NCBI GenBank assembly: GCA_951406725.2
Contig: OX597828.1
Span: forward strand, 75,020,001-75,084,000
DNA length: 64,000 bases
Direction: 5' to 3'
Source: Octopus vulgaris
Taxonomy: Eukaryota
Position 1 is the stretch's first letter. The number at the start of each line of letters is the position of its first letter. Of this stretch, positions 49,570 to 61,387 are shown one piece after another. The notes below the pieces were generated by a model. That model was not told the origin of the DNA and made no database searches. It saw nothing but the letters and a program-made list of their open reading frames with translations. The position numbers and the translations under genes are program-made.

Positions 49570-51055
49570 ATCAGTTGGACAACATTGTTTGTGGCAATTC
49601 AACTCTGAATAGAGATGAAGTTTTGAAACACTGTACCGTGACACATTCCTGTACCCCATGTTGTCAGGGAGTGTGCCACCAATTTTCATGTTTTGTTTTG
49701 TGGGAAAAGGCAATATTCAGACCATTAAAAACAAAATTACTGCACCTATTTTTTATAAAATACTTTTAAAAAATCTGATGGTGCACCATAAAATGTTTAA
49801 GGTATCATCCAATGTGCCAAAAGTGGGAAAAAGGGTTTTGAATTGCTGCTGTTGAGGGGCAACAGGTGGATATGTGCAATAATGGCTTGAGAGGAATTCT
49901 GGTGTGGGGCAACAACACAGTTTGTGTTGTCTTGTCTGAGAAAATTTCAGAACAGGAATTATGGACAATTTCCAAAATTCTTTAGACTGGCAGTGCCACA
50001 AGGGAGGACATGATTTGTCTGCTTGAGGTAAACTTTACCGATTTGGAACTCTTAAAGCTGTTAAAGATTAAGCCTCTCTGTTGTGTGTTCAGTGGGGTGG
50101 GATGAAACCAGTGAGTATTTGTTCCATTTCTGTGAGTTGCTGATTCATGTCAAACAGTTGATGTGATAAAAATCGATTGGAAGAGTGAAATGTTTTTGTC
50201 TTTATCAGTAGGATACTGCAAAGGAAGCTGTGTGGTGGAAACTGTTTAAAGCTTTAAGGACAGAGCATTTGGTTTTAGCTGATGCCTACATCAGTTTCTT
50301 TGAATACAATTTGAAGAAGAAGGTGAGAATAAAGAGAGGAAAGCAGTGCTGCCATACTGTAAATTTTGAGTAGGTAAAATCAGTGACACTCATCGATGCC
50401 TATTCTGGGGGTCCTCTTCTCATTCTGTGCGGTTGCCATCTCTCCAGGCAATCACTGACTCTCCAGTAGCCACCATTCTCTTCATGGTTGTCTTCCAGTC
50501 TTTCCTGGCTGTCACTGATAACTCAGAAGTGTTCCTTGTGTACGTACATCAATGACTGATGCATGTGGACACATCTTCCGTAATGTGTCGGGTATCATCG
50601 GGCCTCAAGATGGCTGTGGATCAAAAGAGGAGAGCCACAGGGTAGCTAGCTGGCCATCTGGACACAAGCTGGAATCTGATTAGCCCCAGCTGGATCACCT
50701 GGAGGAGGGTGTATGATGTTGAAAGACCTGACCCCACCACCCGATGTTACCAGGTACATCACTGAAGATGTGTCCAGATGCATCAGTCATTGATGTATGT
50801 ACACAACAATGAAATTAGTGAAACTAAATAGGCTTCATCATTGTTATGTAATGAAAAAGAAAAACACTTGCCTTTGTGTATCTGAGTTAACCAGGGTTGT
50901 ATGTGGGCTGCCCCAAAGAACTGTATGTGGCTGTCCCCACCTCTTTTGTAGTATTCCATGTTGTTTTACTTTTAATACTATTTATTGTTATTTATTAACA
51001 TATCTTCATTGTTCATGTCACTATTTAATTCGGTATTACCCCCTATTGTGGTGAA
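49570..51055 (+). pseudogene. Decayed L1/Tx1-type LINE ORF2 C-terminus and 3' UTR
   Basis: Fragments FRTGIMDNFQNSLDWQCHKG..KLYRFG..PLC..ETSEYLFHFCE..AKEAVWW..FFEYNLKKKVRI resemble the zf-RVT/CCHC region of L1/Tx1 ORF2. Many frameshifts. Confidence 0.55.
50536..50805. mobile_element. MITE-like inverted-repeat element
   Basis: ttgtgtacgtacatcaatgactgatgcatgtggacacatcttc pairs with gaagatgtgtccagatgcatcagtcattgatgtatgtacacaa (~65-bp arms). Confidence 0.75.
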
Positions 51056-52275
51056 TCTGTCTGAACTTTTAAGACCTTATAACCACTGAAGATCACAAAG
51101 CTATTTTGCAACTGTATCCCATTAAAGGAGCAGACAAGCGCTCAATGAAATCCGCAGTTAGAGGCAGCCTAGTTGGCAGATGCGAGGTAGTAAAGGTCAG
51201 CTGACGATTTTCTCTCCAACCAGAGGAGAAGGTGAAGCAAAGGGAAAAGGAGGCTGACAGGTGGCAGTGGAGTGGAAGTAACCACCACAGTTGGTGCACC
51301 AAAGCAGGAGTAAGACCAGCAGCAAAGAAAACGATTCCAGGGGCTGCATCACTTCTAAAAGAAGAGCTGAGAACAACATTATTGCTGCTAACATTCTGAT
51401 CATGGCTTCAGGCATAACCATACTGAAAACAAGGTTGCTATCATCGTCGGCACCATTGGCACCAGGGGCCGATGACAACCAACAAATGGAGGATTGACCA
51501 GAAGCTACAAAGAGCAGTAACACTTCTTTGATTTAAGGTTGTAGGGAGTGAAGAAGAGTAGGAACATTGTCTGTGCTCAGTAAAAAGAGGGAGCAAAAAA
51601 AAGTGAACCCATACAACAGAGGCTGGAAAAACTCTCACAAGGATCCAAAATGCCTAAACTATAGGGATCCAAGGAGCCTTTGCCCCTACCCACTTTAATC
51701 ATATCTTGTGTAAACGACAGACTAATTACTGCACTGAAGAGAGATGTGAAATTAGTACCTAGCAGAGGCAGATGAGGATGAATGGTTAAAGACCTGATAA
51801 AGGGTCCAAAGAAAGACTGAGGCAGCTCAGCTCAGAACAGATGATGACTTCATGACTAAATTACAAGGAACTAGATTACTCAAGATGAAATCTGGGGAAC
51901 ATATTTGAGTGGAAGGTGATCAGATGATGGAGTTCCACGATCCCAGATTGGTGGTGCCTTCTCAAACCTATGTGAAGGGAGGTTATTTTTGAGATCTATT
52001 TTTATTTGTCTTGCGTACCTGTTTTAATATATTGTAACATGTTATTTTGTCACAGCCTTTTTATTAGACACGTAGACATGTATAATGCACATCTTCACAT
52101 ATTTCCCAATGAGTCTATTTGTGGCACAGTCATTTATGAGCTCATGTAGTCAATAAAGAAACACATCATCATCATCATTATTATTATTATTTTACTCGTA
52201 AGAGCTTTCAGTCTTACTTGCTCTAGTTAATTCTGTGAGCCTGAACAGCATCCTGTTGTTAAAGGTATAATAATG

Positions 52276-52317
<42 letters not shown>

Positions 52318-52890
52318 TTATGGAGAAACAATGGAATAAATACAGAAAATATTCTATGATTATGATAATTTTTTACAAAAAAAAAAAGAAATTATTAATG
52401 CTGCTATTTCTTATGTATAATTCATAAGGTTAATTTACATTCGAAAATGAATTGAGATGACAGATGACGTTTAAGGAGATTTGCTAGTGTAAACTGTGGA
52501 GGTCATTGGGGTACCATTGATGGTTTAATCTTCCTGCTGTTTTTTTTACTACAATGGACAGAAACAACCAGTTCCATACAGTATCGGATAAAACTGTGTA
52601 AGGACTAAACGCAGCAATGCAAGCAGATAACAGAGCACCAAACTGCACTATAATGTACCGTATTGCACCAAACTACATTTCCTTGCAATACAAAACTATA
52701 CATCATACTACACCTCATTTCCCTGTAACATGCAACATTACAATAAACCAAACGGTACCATTAGACAGCAAGAGACACTGTATTACATGGTGTATGTACT
52801 CAGACACACTAACACACACGCACACACACACACATAGCATAGGCAACTTGTCATGCCTTCAGCCATTTGAGTTTGAGGGGTCACCTAGAC

Positions 52891-53402
52891 CAGTGCTTCT
52901 CAAACTATCTGATGTGCTGTACTGGCAGTTTTTTTTCCCAATGTGTCAGGGACCGGTAATATTTTTTAGTAATATTAATTTATACCAGAAATGATATACT
53001 CTTTTAACTCTTTTACTTGTTTCAGTCATTTGACTGTGGCTATGCTGGAGCACAGCCTTACAATGGGCTTCTTTCAGTTTCCGTTTACCAAATCCACTCA
53101 CAAGGCTTTGGTCGGCCCGAGGCTATAGTAGAAGACACTTGCCCAAGGTGCCACACAGTGGGGCTGAACCTGGAACCATGTGGTTCGTAAGCAAGCTACT
53201 TACCACACAGCCACTCCTATGCCTATATATAATGAATATAATAAAAGTTGGCAATTTCTTTTATCTTATATTTATTTTGTAAACAAATAACAATATTATG
53301 TAAGCGTTTTATAAGCATTTCCTAATGTTTCTTTCTTTTCTGGAAACTTGCTGCATACTAGCAGCTAATGGCTCACACGGACCACCACTCTGAGTAGCAC
53401 TG
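52891..53402. mobile_element. hAT (Charlie-like) MITE
   Basis: TIRs CAGTGCTTCTCA / TGAGTAGCACTG; 8-bp TSD acctagac / acctatac. Confidence 0.85.
53000..53222 (-). mobile_element. SINE family A (internally deleted), nested in the hAT MITE
   Basis: Tail (tgtttcagtcatttgactgtggc) is joined directly to the 5' half (cttctttcagtttccg..ccacacagccactcct). Confidence 0.88.
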
Positions 53403-53499
53403 ACCTATACTACTAAATGTTTTATAGGTGCAAAACCAATGGTCACTCGATGACTGGCCATAACATTTAACTTCCCAAGATATACATATATAGTTACTC

Positions 53500-53910
53500 T
53501 ATCCAGATTACAAGTTCAGGATTATACCTGTAATTATTGGAGTTCTGGGATATGTAACACACTGCCTAAATACCAATCTTGAGAAATTAGGCTTCGTAAA
53601 ACCAGAAAGAAGAAAGCTAATTCGAAGACTGCAGATCCAACCCATCACTGGAACTGTAAAAATCTGTAAAACTTTCCAAAAGTTTACCATTTAGGTATAT
53701 ATGAGCATGTCTTGATATGTAAGCATATGCATGAGAATACATACATAAAACAAAACATACAAATCTGTACATAAACATACATAAAACATACATACAAACA
53801 AAAAAACCCTTATGTTGATGTTGAAATTCCAATGAAGGAGCCTTGGATCTAGGTTAGAAACCGGCTCTTTCACTATTGGCAAGAAATCTGGAAATAAAAC
53901 TGAACAATGA
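53500..53910 (+). pseudogene. RLE-type LINE 3' end (second subfamily) with 3' UTR
   Basis: PDYKFRIIPVIIGVLGYVTHCLNTNLEKLGF..LIRRLQIQPITGTVKICKTFQKF*. A second copy lies at ~53945-54470, split by a SINE B. Confidence 0.7.
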
Positions 53911-54099
53911 CTGACTGACTGACACACATACATACATACATACATAGAAAGTTAATTAGAAGATTACAGATTGAAGCCATCAATGGAACTGTCAAAATTT
54001 GTAAAACTCTCCAGAAGTTTAGCATTTAAGTATGTCTAGACAGGCAGCCATCTTCGTGGGATTACAGACATAAAACAAAGCTAGCAGCAAATATTGCAC

Positions 54100-54345
54100 A
54101 CATCATCATCATCATCATCATCGTTTATCATCGGTTTTCCATGCTGGCATGGGTTGGACAGTTCAACTGGAGTCTGGGAAGCCAGGCTCCAGTCTGATCT
54201 AGTAGTATTTCTGGAGCTGGATGCCCTTCCTAATGTCAACCACTCTGAGAGTGTAGTGGGGGCTTTTTTTATGTGCCACCGGAACACGTGCCAGAGAGGG
54301 CTTGCACTGACCATGTTTGGATGGTGCTTTTTACATGCCACCGGT
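54100..54345 (-). mobile_element. SINE family B
   Basis: (CAT)n-cgtttatcatcggttttccatgctggcatggg..gcccttcctaatgtcaaccactctgagagtg. Confidence 0.88.
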
Positions 54346-54577
54346 AGACGCAAATACCCTGTTGATGTTGTTAAAACTCTAATGCAGGAACCCTGGATCT
54401 AGGTTAGAAACCGGCTCTTTCTCTACTGGCAAGAAATCTTGAGATAAAACTGAATAACAACATACAAACATAGGTACATACATATATTCATATATGCATA
54501 CATACCTATGTTGTCAGTAGTTCATATATCCAAAAGAGAAATACACTTTAAAACATGAGAGCAGTAATATATGCTTT

Positions 54578-54700
54578 AGGAGGTTGACTTTGCCATTCAT
54601 CCTTTCGGAGCCGATAAAGTACCAGCTGTGTACTGGGGTCAATCTAATTGACTGGCCCCCTCCCCCCAAATTTCAGGCCTTGTGCCTAGTGTAGAAAAGA
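54578..54700 (+). mobile_element. SINE family C, 3' half
   Basis: gttgactttgccattcatcctttcgg..aaatttcaggccttgtgcctag. Confidence 0.8.
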
Positions 54701-54705
54701 GTATA

Positions 54706-54890
54706 TTTTTTAGGAAGTTAAACGTTATAGCAGGTTATAGAGTGACCATTGGTCTCACACTTATAAAGCGCTTAGCAGTATTGGCGACGCATCTTGCCTT
54801 CAGCCATTTGAATCTAATGAGTCACCTATATTGCTAAATGTGAAACCAATGGTCACTCTATGGCTGGCCACAACATTTGACTTCCTAAGA
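54706..54890. mobile_element. Palindromic MITE (second, interrupted copy at ~52845-52890 + 53403-53482)
   Basis: ttaggaagttaaacgtt..atagagtgaccattggtctcaca pairs with tgtgaaaccaatggtcactctat..aacatttgacttcctaa; TA flanks. Confidence 0.75.
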
Positions 54891-56737
54891 TATATATATA
54901 TATATGCATAGCATTCTCCTCTTTCATTTCTCTCTCCTGATACAATCCAAACTTTTCAGCATTTCTCTCCCTGCCATCCCTTTTCAACCCTTGTATTGTG
55001 ATCTTTCTTCACTACAGCTTAAGTAAATTTGTGGCCTATTGCTTCCTCTAACTCTTGTTAGAATTCTTCCATTTCATCGGCTTTGCTAGCATTTGTGGTG
55101 TCCAAGAGATTTGAAAAGGCCACTTGGAGGGCCTCTGTCATGATGGGAAGACAATTTAATTAAATGTCTTGGACCAAGATAGAAAAGAATGGTGCAATCA
55201 ATAAAACTAAGAGTTGCATTGTGACCATCTGATAGTCTGGTTAATACAGTGATACATAAACATATGTTCGAACATTTATACAGGTACCCTGTTTGATGTC
55301 TTGATAATAAAACCAAGATCATACATACAGACATGTATACTCACACATGCACAAAGATAGAATTGCTAAAGTAGGTATGCCATTGTGAGGGTCAGTTTCT
55401 GATATTTTGTGCAATGTTCCTTCTTCAGACAAGAGAAATATTTCAAGCTTCCTTTCAGAAGAATAAGGAACAAAACTTGTCACCTCCCCCACCCAGACAT
55501 TAAATCTCTACAAATTAAAGAATTATAATTTTATTCCCAAAAATACAATTTTGCCAATGCAAATGTAGTATCTCTTTCGATTCTGCTTCATCATCATCAT
55601 CATCATCATCATCGTTTAACGTCCGCTTTCCATGCTGGCATGGGTTGGACTGATGTATATAATAAACAAGTGAAATACATAAAGAACGAAAAAATGGAAA
55701 ACAGAACAAGTTAACACAGAGAAAGGACCCTTCATCAGTTGTCGGCTGTCTATCTACTCCTCATTTCGAGCATTCAACGATAATATGAGCCTTCAAAGAC
55801 ACTTGCTCCCATAAATTCTAAAATAAAATTTAGGATTTATGGAGGGTCAAAGTTGGGAACAAAAAATGTCAGTGGAGACATACAAGGAAACTGAACAAAA
55901 ACAAACATGGAGGGTTGTTAGACCAGAAGGGGAGGAAAATAGTGAATGCTGGGAGAAACAGTTTTTTTTTGGAAAGAGAAAACATAGAAGAGAGAGAGAG
56001 AGAGAGAGAAACACATCTTCTTGTTTAAACATCTGTGCAATATATATATATATATTTATAATTATTTGAAAGTCTATGAGGATTACTTAATACAGTTTTT
56101 GAAGTGTAAAGGTGATTTTTAAAAGATAATTATTTAAAAAAAAAATGTTATGAAATCTTTTATCAGGATGTTACCTACTGCTTTTGGGAAGAAGTTTTTT
56201 TTCTAGTGTGTGAGTACTTTCATTAAACCTGTTCAAACACACATCCTCTTAAAGAGGAAGTCATTATTTTGATATGTATATATATAGCCAAACATACACA
56301 TATAAATAAAAGTATATAAAATAACAAACATTCACACAGAAATAATTATTGGCATATCCTGGCATATGTTTGTGAACGAGTATGTATAAATTCAACACAA
56401 ACAGAAATTAAATATAAACATCAAACTGACAGAGATAAACCAAATTATGTGTTTTATTGCTTGCTAAACATTTTGAATCTTAAATTCTTTGTTTATATAA
56501 ATGTTTGCCCCACTTAATATTGTTTATGCAAATGTTTAACCTGTTAATAGCTAAACTAATACCTATCTATCTGCCTGTCTGTCTGTATATCTACATATGT
56601 ATGTATATATATATATATATATATAGATAATAGATAGATATTTGACAGACAAGAAAAAAATAGTTTGTTTATACATGTTGCATTCCACAAAAGAAGCTAT
56701 AATATTTAGAGTTTAATTGGATGGAGGTTGTTGTCAG

Positions 56738-56810
56738 TGAGCGGTTTAGCTTAATTGTTTGAGTACTCAGCCATCATCTGAGGGGTGCGGGTTCAAGTCC
56801 CATGGCTGTC
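56738..56810 (+). pseudogene. tRNA-derived sequence (pseudogene or SINE head)
   Basis: tagcttaattg (A-box-like), CTCAG-7nt-CTGAG anticodon-like arm, gggttcaagtccc T-arm. No convincing acceptor stem. Confidence 0.45.
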
Positions 56811-56934
56811 TGCTGGCAACTTTTGCCATTACATTAAGGGCAAAATACCCAATCTTTCTATTGTTTCCATGGCTATACTGTGTTCAAAATTATTACTTTG
56901 TCTGCAAAAAGCAAAAGAAAAAATATAATTATAT

Positions 56935-57148
56935 ATTCTCTTATTCTTTTACTTGCTTGAGCCATGCTGGAGCACCACCTTTAGTCAGAGAAATTTACCC
57001 CAGGATTTATTCTTTGTAAGCCTAGTACTTATTCTATCATTCTTTTTTGTCAAACCACTAAGTTACGGGGGTGCAAACACACCAACATCAGTTGTCAATC
57101 GATAGTGGGGACACACAAATTTATACATATACATACACACACACACAC

Positions 57149-57188
<40 letters not shown>

Positions 57189-57750
57189 CAGGTTTCTTTC
57201 AGTTTCTGTCTACCAAATCCCCTCACAAGGCTTTGGTTGGCCTGAGGCTATAGTAGAAGACCCTTGCCTAAGGTGCCATGCTGTGGGACTGAACCTGGAA
57301 CCATGTGGTTGGGAAGCAAGCTTCTTACAACTCAGCCACGCCTGTACCCATATATCTTTTATCTTTATATGTTACCTGTTTCAGTCATTAGACTGCGGCC
57401 ATGCTGGAGCACTGGCTTGAATATTTAGTCGAATGTGCTTATTTTTTAAGTCTGGTTTTTATTCCATCGGTTTCTTTCGGCAAACTGCTAAGTTATGGGG
57501 ATGTAAACACACCAACACCTGTTGTCAACTGTTGATGAGGGGACAAATATAGACACACACACACATAGATATATATATATACATATATACGACAGGCTTC
57601 TTTCAGTTTCTGTCTACCAAATCCACTCACAAGGGTTTAGTTGACTTGAGGCTATAGTAGAAGACACTTGCCCAAGGTGCCACGCAATGAGACTGAACCC
57701 GGAACTACATGGTTGGGAAGCAAGCTTCTTACCACACAGCCACTCCTGTG
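56935..57750 (-). mobile_element. Two head-to-tail SINE family A copies (56935-57345, 57355-57750)
   Basis: Both are reverse complements of the family A reference copy. Confidence 0.9.
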
Positions 57751-57758
57751 CCTATATT

Positions 57759-57792
<34 letters not shown>

Positions 57793-58338
57793 TGCATGTA
57801 TGCGCACACATCTGTATATGTCTGTGAAGTGGAAATCATGTCATGTCCAATTACGACTGTCTCTCAGACAATGATGGCACTTGTTAAAGGATGCTGCTAT
57901 GTGGTCGACTGGAGAAGTGCTGCTGCCTGGAACATGGCAGGTGGCAAGAGAACTGCAACAGCCGCAGCTTATCGTGCACCTGCTGTGCATCATAACCAAG
58001 TAGGAAACTACAGAAGCAGCCACAGACTCATGTGTTTCTCAGATTGTTGCTATGACAACAATGGCTTTTGGGAAAACAGTTGTCTTGTGATTCTGCATTC
58101 CTCTATGTGAAGTTGAATTTATCTTTCAGAGAGAACCCATTCCTTTCTGATGGCCCAACATTGGCAGGAACAATTATAAAAAAAAAAAGAAAAAAATTTA
58201 TCATCAGGTTAGAAACCGGCTCTTTTTCTATTGGCATCCTTCAATCAGGTATTCAGACAAAAAGTAGGTGCCCATCACTGCCAAGTAGTCTTACAGGGAA
58301 CACATTTACCTCTCAAATCCTCCTCTTCCTTTTTCCCC

Positions 58339-58535
58339 ATCATCATCATCATCATTGTTTAACGTCTGCTTTCCATGCTGGCACGGGTTGGACAGTTTGA
58401 CTAGAGATGGCAAGCTTGAAGGCTACACCAAGCTCCAGTTGTCTGTTTTGGACATGGTGCTTTCTATGGCTGGATGCCCTTCCTAATGCCAACCATTTTA
58501 CAAAGTGTGCAAAGTGCTTTTTATGTGGTGCCAAC
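58339..58535 (-). mobile_element. SINE family B
   Basis: (CAT)n-tgtttaacgtctgctttccatgctggcacggg..ggatgcccttcctaatgccaacc. Confidence 0.85.
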
Positions 58536-59519
58536 ATTTCTGTGTTTTTGTGTTCTATTGGTAGAAAGACGTCTGCCCTTAGCTGGTTTCATTTGTTATT
58601 TTTGAAGGTATCTATTTTTGCCCTTTTAGAGTTCTTGCAGGACGAAGATTCCTTGGTGACTATCTGATCGGTTGTACTGGATTATGTGTTATCTGTAATA
58701 TTTATGACAAAGTCCAGGATGCTTCAATCAAAAGTGAATAAGGTTTCTTCTCTATATTTAAGGATACGTAGGTGAGTTTTTTGTCATTCAGGAGATCCAT
58801 AGTTGATAGGAATTTTGAAACTGAATGCTAAGATTCTACATAACATGATAGAAATCAAGTATTAATATGCACAAATACAGCACTTGCACACACACACACA
58901 CAGATATTTCAATATATGCATATACTTACATATTCGCACACACACACACTCAAACACAAATATATTACTCTCTCTCTCTCTACATACACACTTGAGACTA
59001 TATGCAATTATATATATGCATGCATGCATGTACACACACACATCCGAGACACACACACGTCCAAAACACTCACACACATCCAAATCATACACAGATCCAA
59101 GATAAACACACACACACATATAGTTAGCCACGTATAAGTGAAGCCATCCAATTGAAAAAGTACACACAAGCACAAACCTATACACAAACACATATATTTA
59201 TATGAATCTGTGTGAGTGTGTGTATGTGTGTATGCGTGCATGTGTGTATGCGTGTATGTGTGTATGCGTGTATGTGTGTATGCGTGTATGCGTGTATGCG
59301 TGTATGCGTGTTTCATATACTTTTCTTTACAACAATTTCATATTGAACAACAGCCACGGAGCCCATGATGAGGATCCAAACCGTTTCTTCTTTACAGGAA
59401 AATAATTGATATTACGGTTCGCTTCCTGTGAATGGGTTCATTGTAGCGGTTTTCATCTCAAATCGTTGTTTACAAACATAGGAACATATAACATTCAATA
59501 TTTTCTCAGATGTTAGAAT

Positions 59520-59520
59520 G

Positions 59521-59584
<64 letters not shown>

Positions 59585-59725
59585 TGCATGCATACATATA
59601 TACATACATACATATATATTAATACATATACACACACACATACATATGTACAGACACACGTATATATACATATATATATATATACAAACATATATATATA
59701 TATATAAATATATGCATACATACAT

Positions 59726-59756
<31 letters not shown>

Positions 59757-59780
59757 TATATATACACACCCACACACATA

Positions 59781-59821
<41 letters not shown>

Positions 59822-59922
59822 GTGTAAGTGTGTATATATGCATTTATATCTGTGAGCCTGTATATATGTTTGAACATATGTACACTTTTATATATGTACA
59901 ATCACACACACATGGGTGGGTG

Positions 59923-59976
<54 letters not shown>

Positions 59977-60095
59977 TACACTCACATATACAAATATATA
60001 TACACACATATATGTATATATACATAAAAAAATATATATATGTACAAATACACACACATGCATACACACACACACACATATATACACACATACAC
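59520..60095. repeat. (TA/CA/TACA)n microsatellite field
   Basis: Seen directly. Confidence 0.95.
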
Positions 60096-60687
60096 AATTT
60101 CATGAAGCAATCAACCATTGACTAATTTATCCAAACATTCCATTTATAATGAGAGCACAATAATTAGTATATCTATAGATTGTACTTTACATCCCCACCC
60201 CACCTACCCAGCCAGTTCTTAACATTCTCTCCTCAACCAATTCTTCATTTGGAGGAATTCATCTCCATGGAACTCCTTCTACCAAAATTTTCTTTTCAAA
60301 CACAAAACAGAAAATATTGTTTCGGCAGGAAATTTCTCAATTTTCTTATTTTCTGCTTGGTTTTGCTTCTAAAGATTTCTATTAATCTTCGCCAAGTGCG
60401 TCCCCTCTGCATATGCTGGGGTCTCACAGATATAATGTAGGGAGTGGACACATGTGTATTTAGGGAACACTTACCCCTAAAGTATATTTCCTGCTGCTCT
60501 ACTGTTGTTGTTGTTGGTGGTGTTGTATCTGTAATCTATACAGAATCCTTCAATCTATAGAAAGTGAATTAAGAACTGTTCCTCTATGTGGTAACACAAC
60601 CAGCCTGCTAGAAATAGTAGCTTGCATACTCCCTAAGTAAGGGACACCTGACGTCATTAGTTTCCAACCTTTTCATTACCATGGATC

Positions 60688-60787
60688 GAAAATACACTGG
60701 TTCTTGCCTGACCATTGAAGTTAAGCAATGTCGTGCCTAGTTAGTACTTAGAGGGGTGGCCACTTGGGAAACCTAGGTGTTGTAAGC
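60688..60787 (+). pseudogene. 5S rRNA pseudogene (5'-truncated)
   Basis: acactggttcttgcctgaccattgaagttaagcaatgtcgtgcctagttagtacttagaggggtggccacttgggaaacctaggtgttgtaagc aligns with the 3' ~100 nt of metazoan 5S rRNA (box A gaagttaagc, IE gttagta, box C). Multiple transitions and no oligo-T terminator. Confidence 0.85.
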
Positions 60788-60799
60788 ATCTCACTATAT

Positions 60800-61240
60800 G
60801 TGTGGCAGTGTTGTAAGAAGCTTGCTTCCCAACCACATGGTTCTGTGTTCAATCCCACTATGTGACACCTTGGGCTAGTATCTTCCCCTATAACCTCAGG
60901 CTGACCAAAACCTTATGAGTGGATTTGGTAGATGGAAACTGAATGAAGCTTGTCAAATATATATACATACATATATATATCTATATATCTATATATATAT
61001 TTATGTGTGTGTCTTTGTATCTGTGTTTGTGTTTCCCCCCTCCACTGCTTGATAACTGATGCTGGTGTGTTTATGTCCCCATAACTTAGCAGTCCATCAA
61101 AAGAGATTGATAAGATAAGTACTTGGCTTAAGAAAAAAACCTCAAAAAACTAAGTCCTGGGGTCAATTTATTTGACTAAAAGTCTTTCAAGCCAGTGCCC
61201 CAGCATGGTCGCAGTCTAATGACTGTAATAAGTAAAAGGT
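60800..61240 (+). mobile_element. SINE family A
   Basis: gtggcagtgttgtaagaagcttgcttcccaaccacatgg..ccagcatggtcgcagtctaatgactg. Confidence 0.88.
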
Positions 61241-61387
61241 GAATAAAAGGGTGGATGACATTTATCTAAATGAATTTTCCCTGCAGAGTTTAGGGTTTCA
61301 GAAAAGTTTGGCTACTCTTTTGAAACTAATTCTTTAATAAATGATGGTCACATTTCTTTAGTTTCATCTTTCAGTAGAAAGGTATAA

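Noticed and set aside
53826-53872. Hammerhead-like fold in the LINE 3' UTR (atgaagg-agcct..aggtt-agaaaccggctc; also ~54380 and ~58207)
   Set aside because: The hairpin is real, but the CUGANGA box and cleavage triplet are non-canonical in all copies.
58560-58870. Possible Penelope RT remnant on the minus strand
   Set aside because: Only vague motif resemblance; it cannot be supported without a profile search.
60688-60787. Functional 5S rRNA gene
   Set aside because: 5' end missing, many substitutions, no T-run terminator, not in a tandem array.
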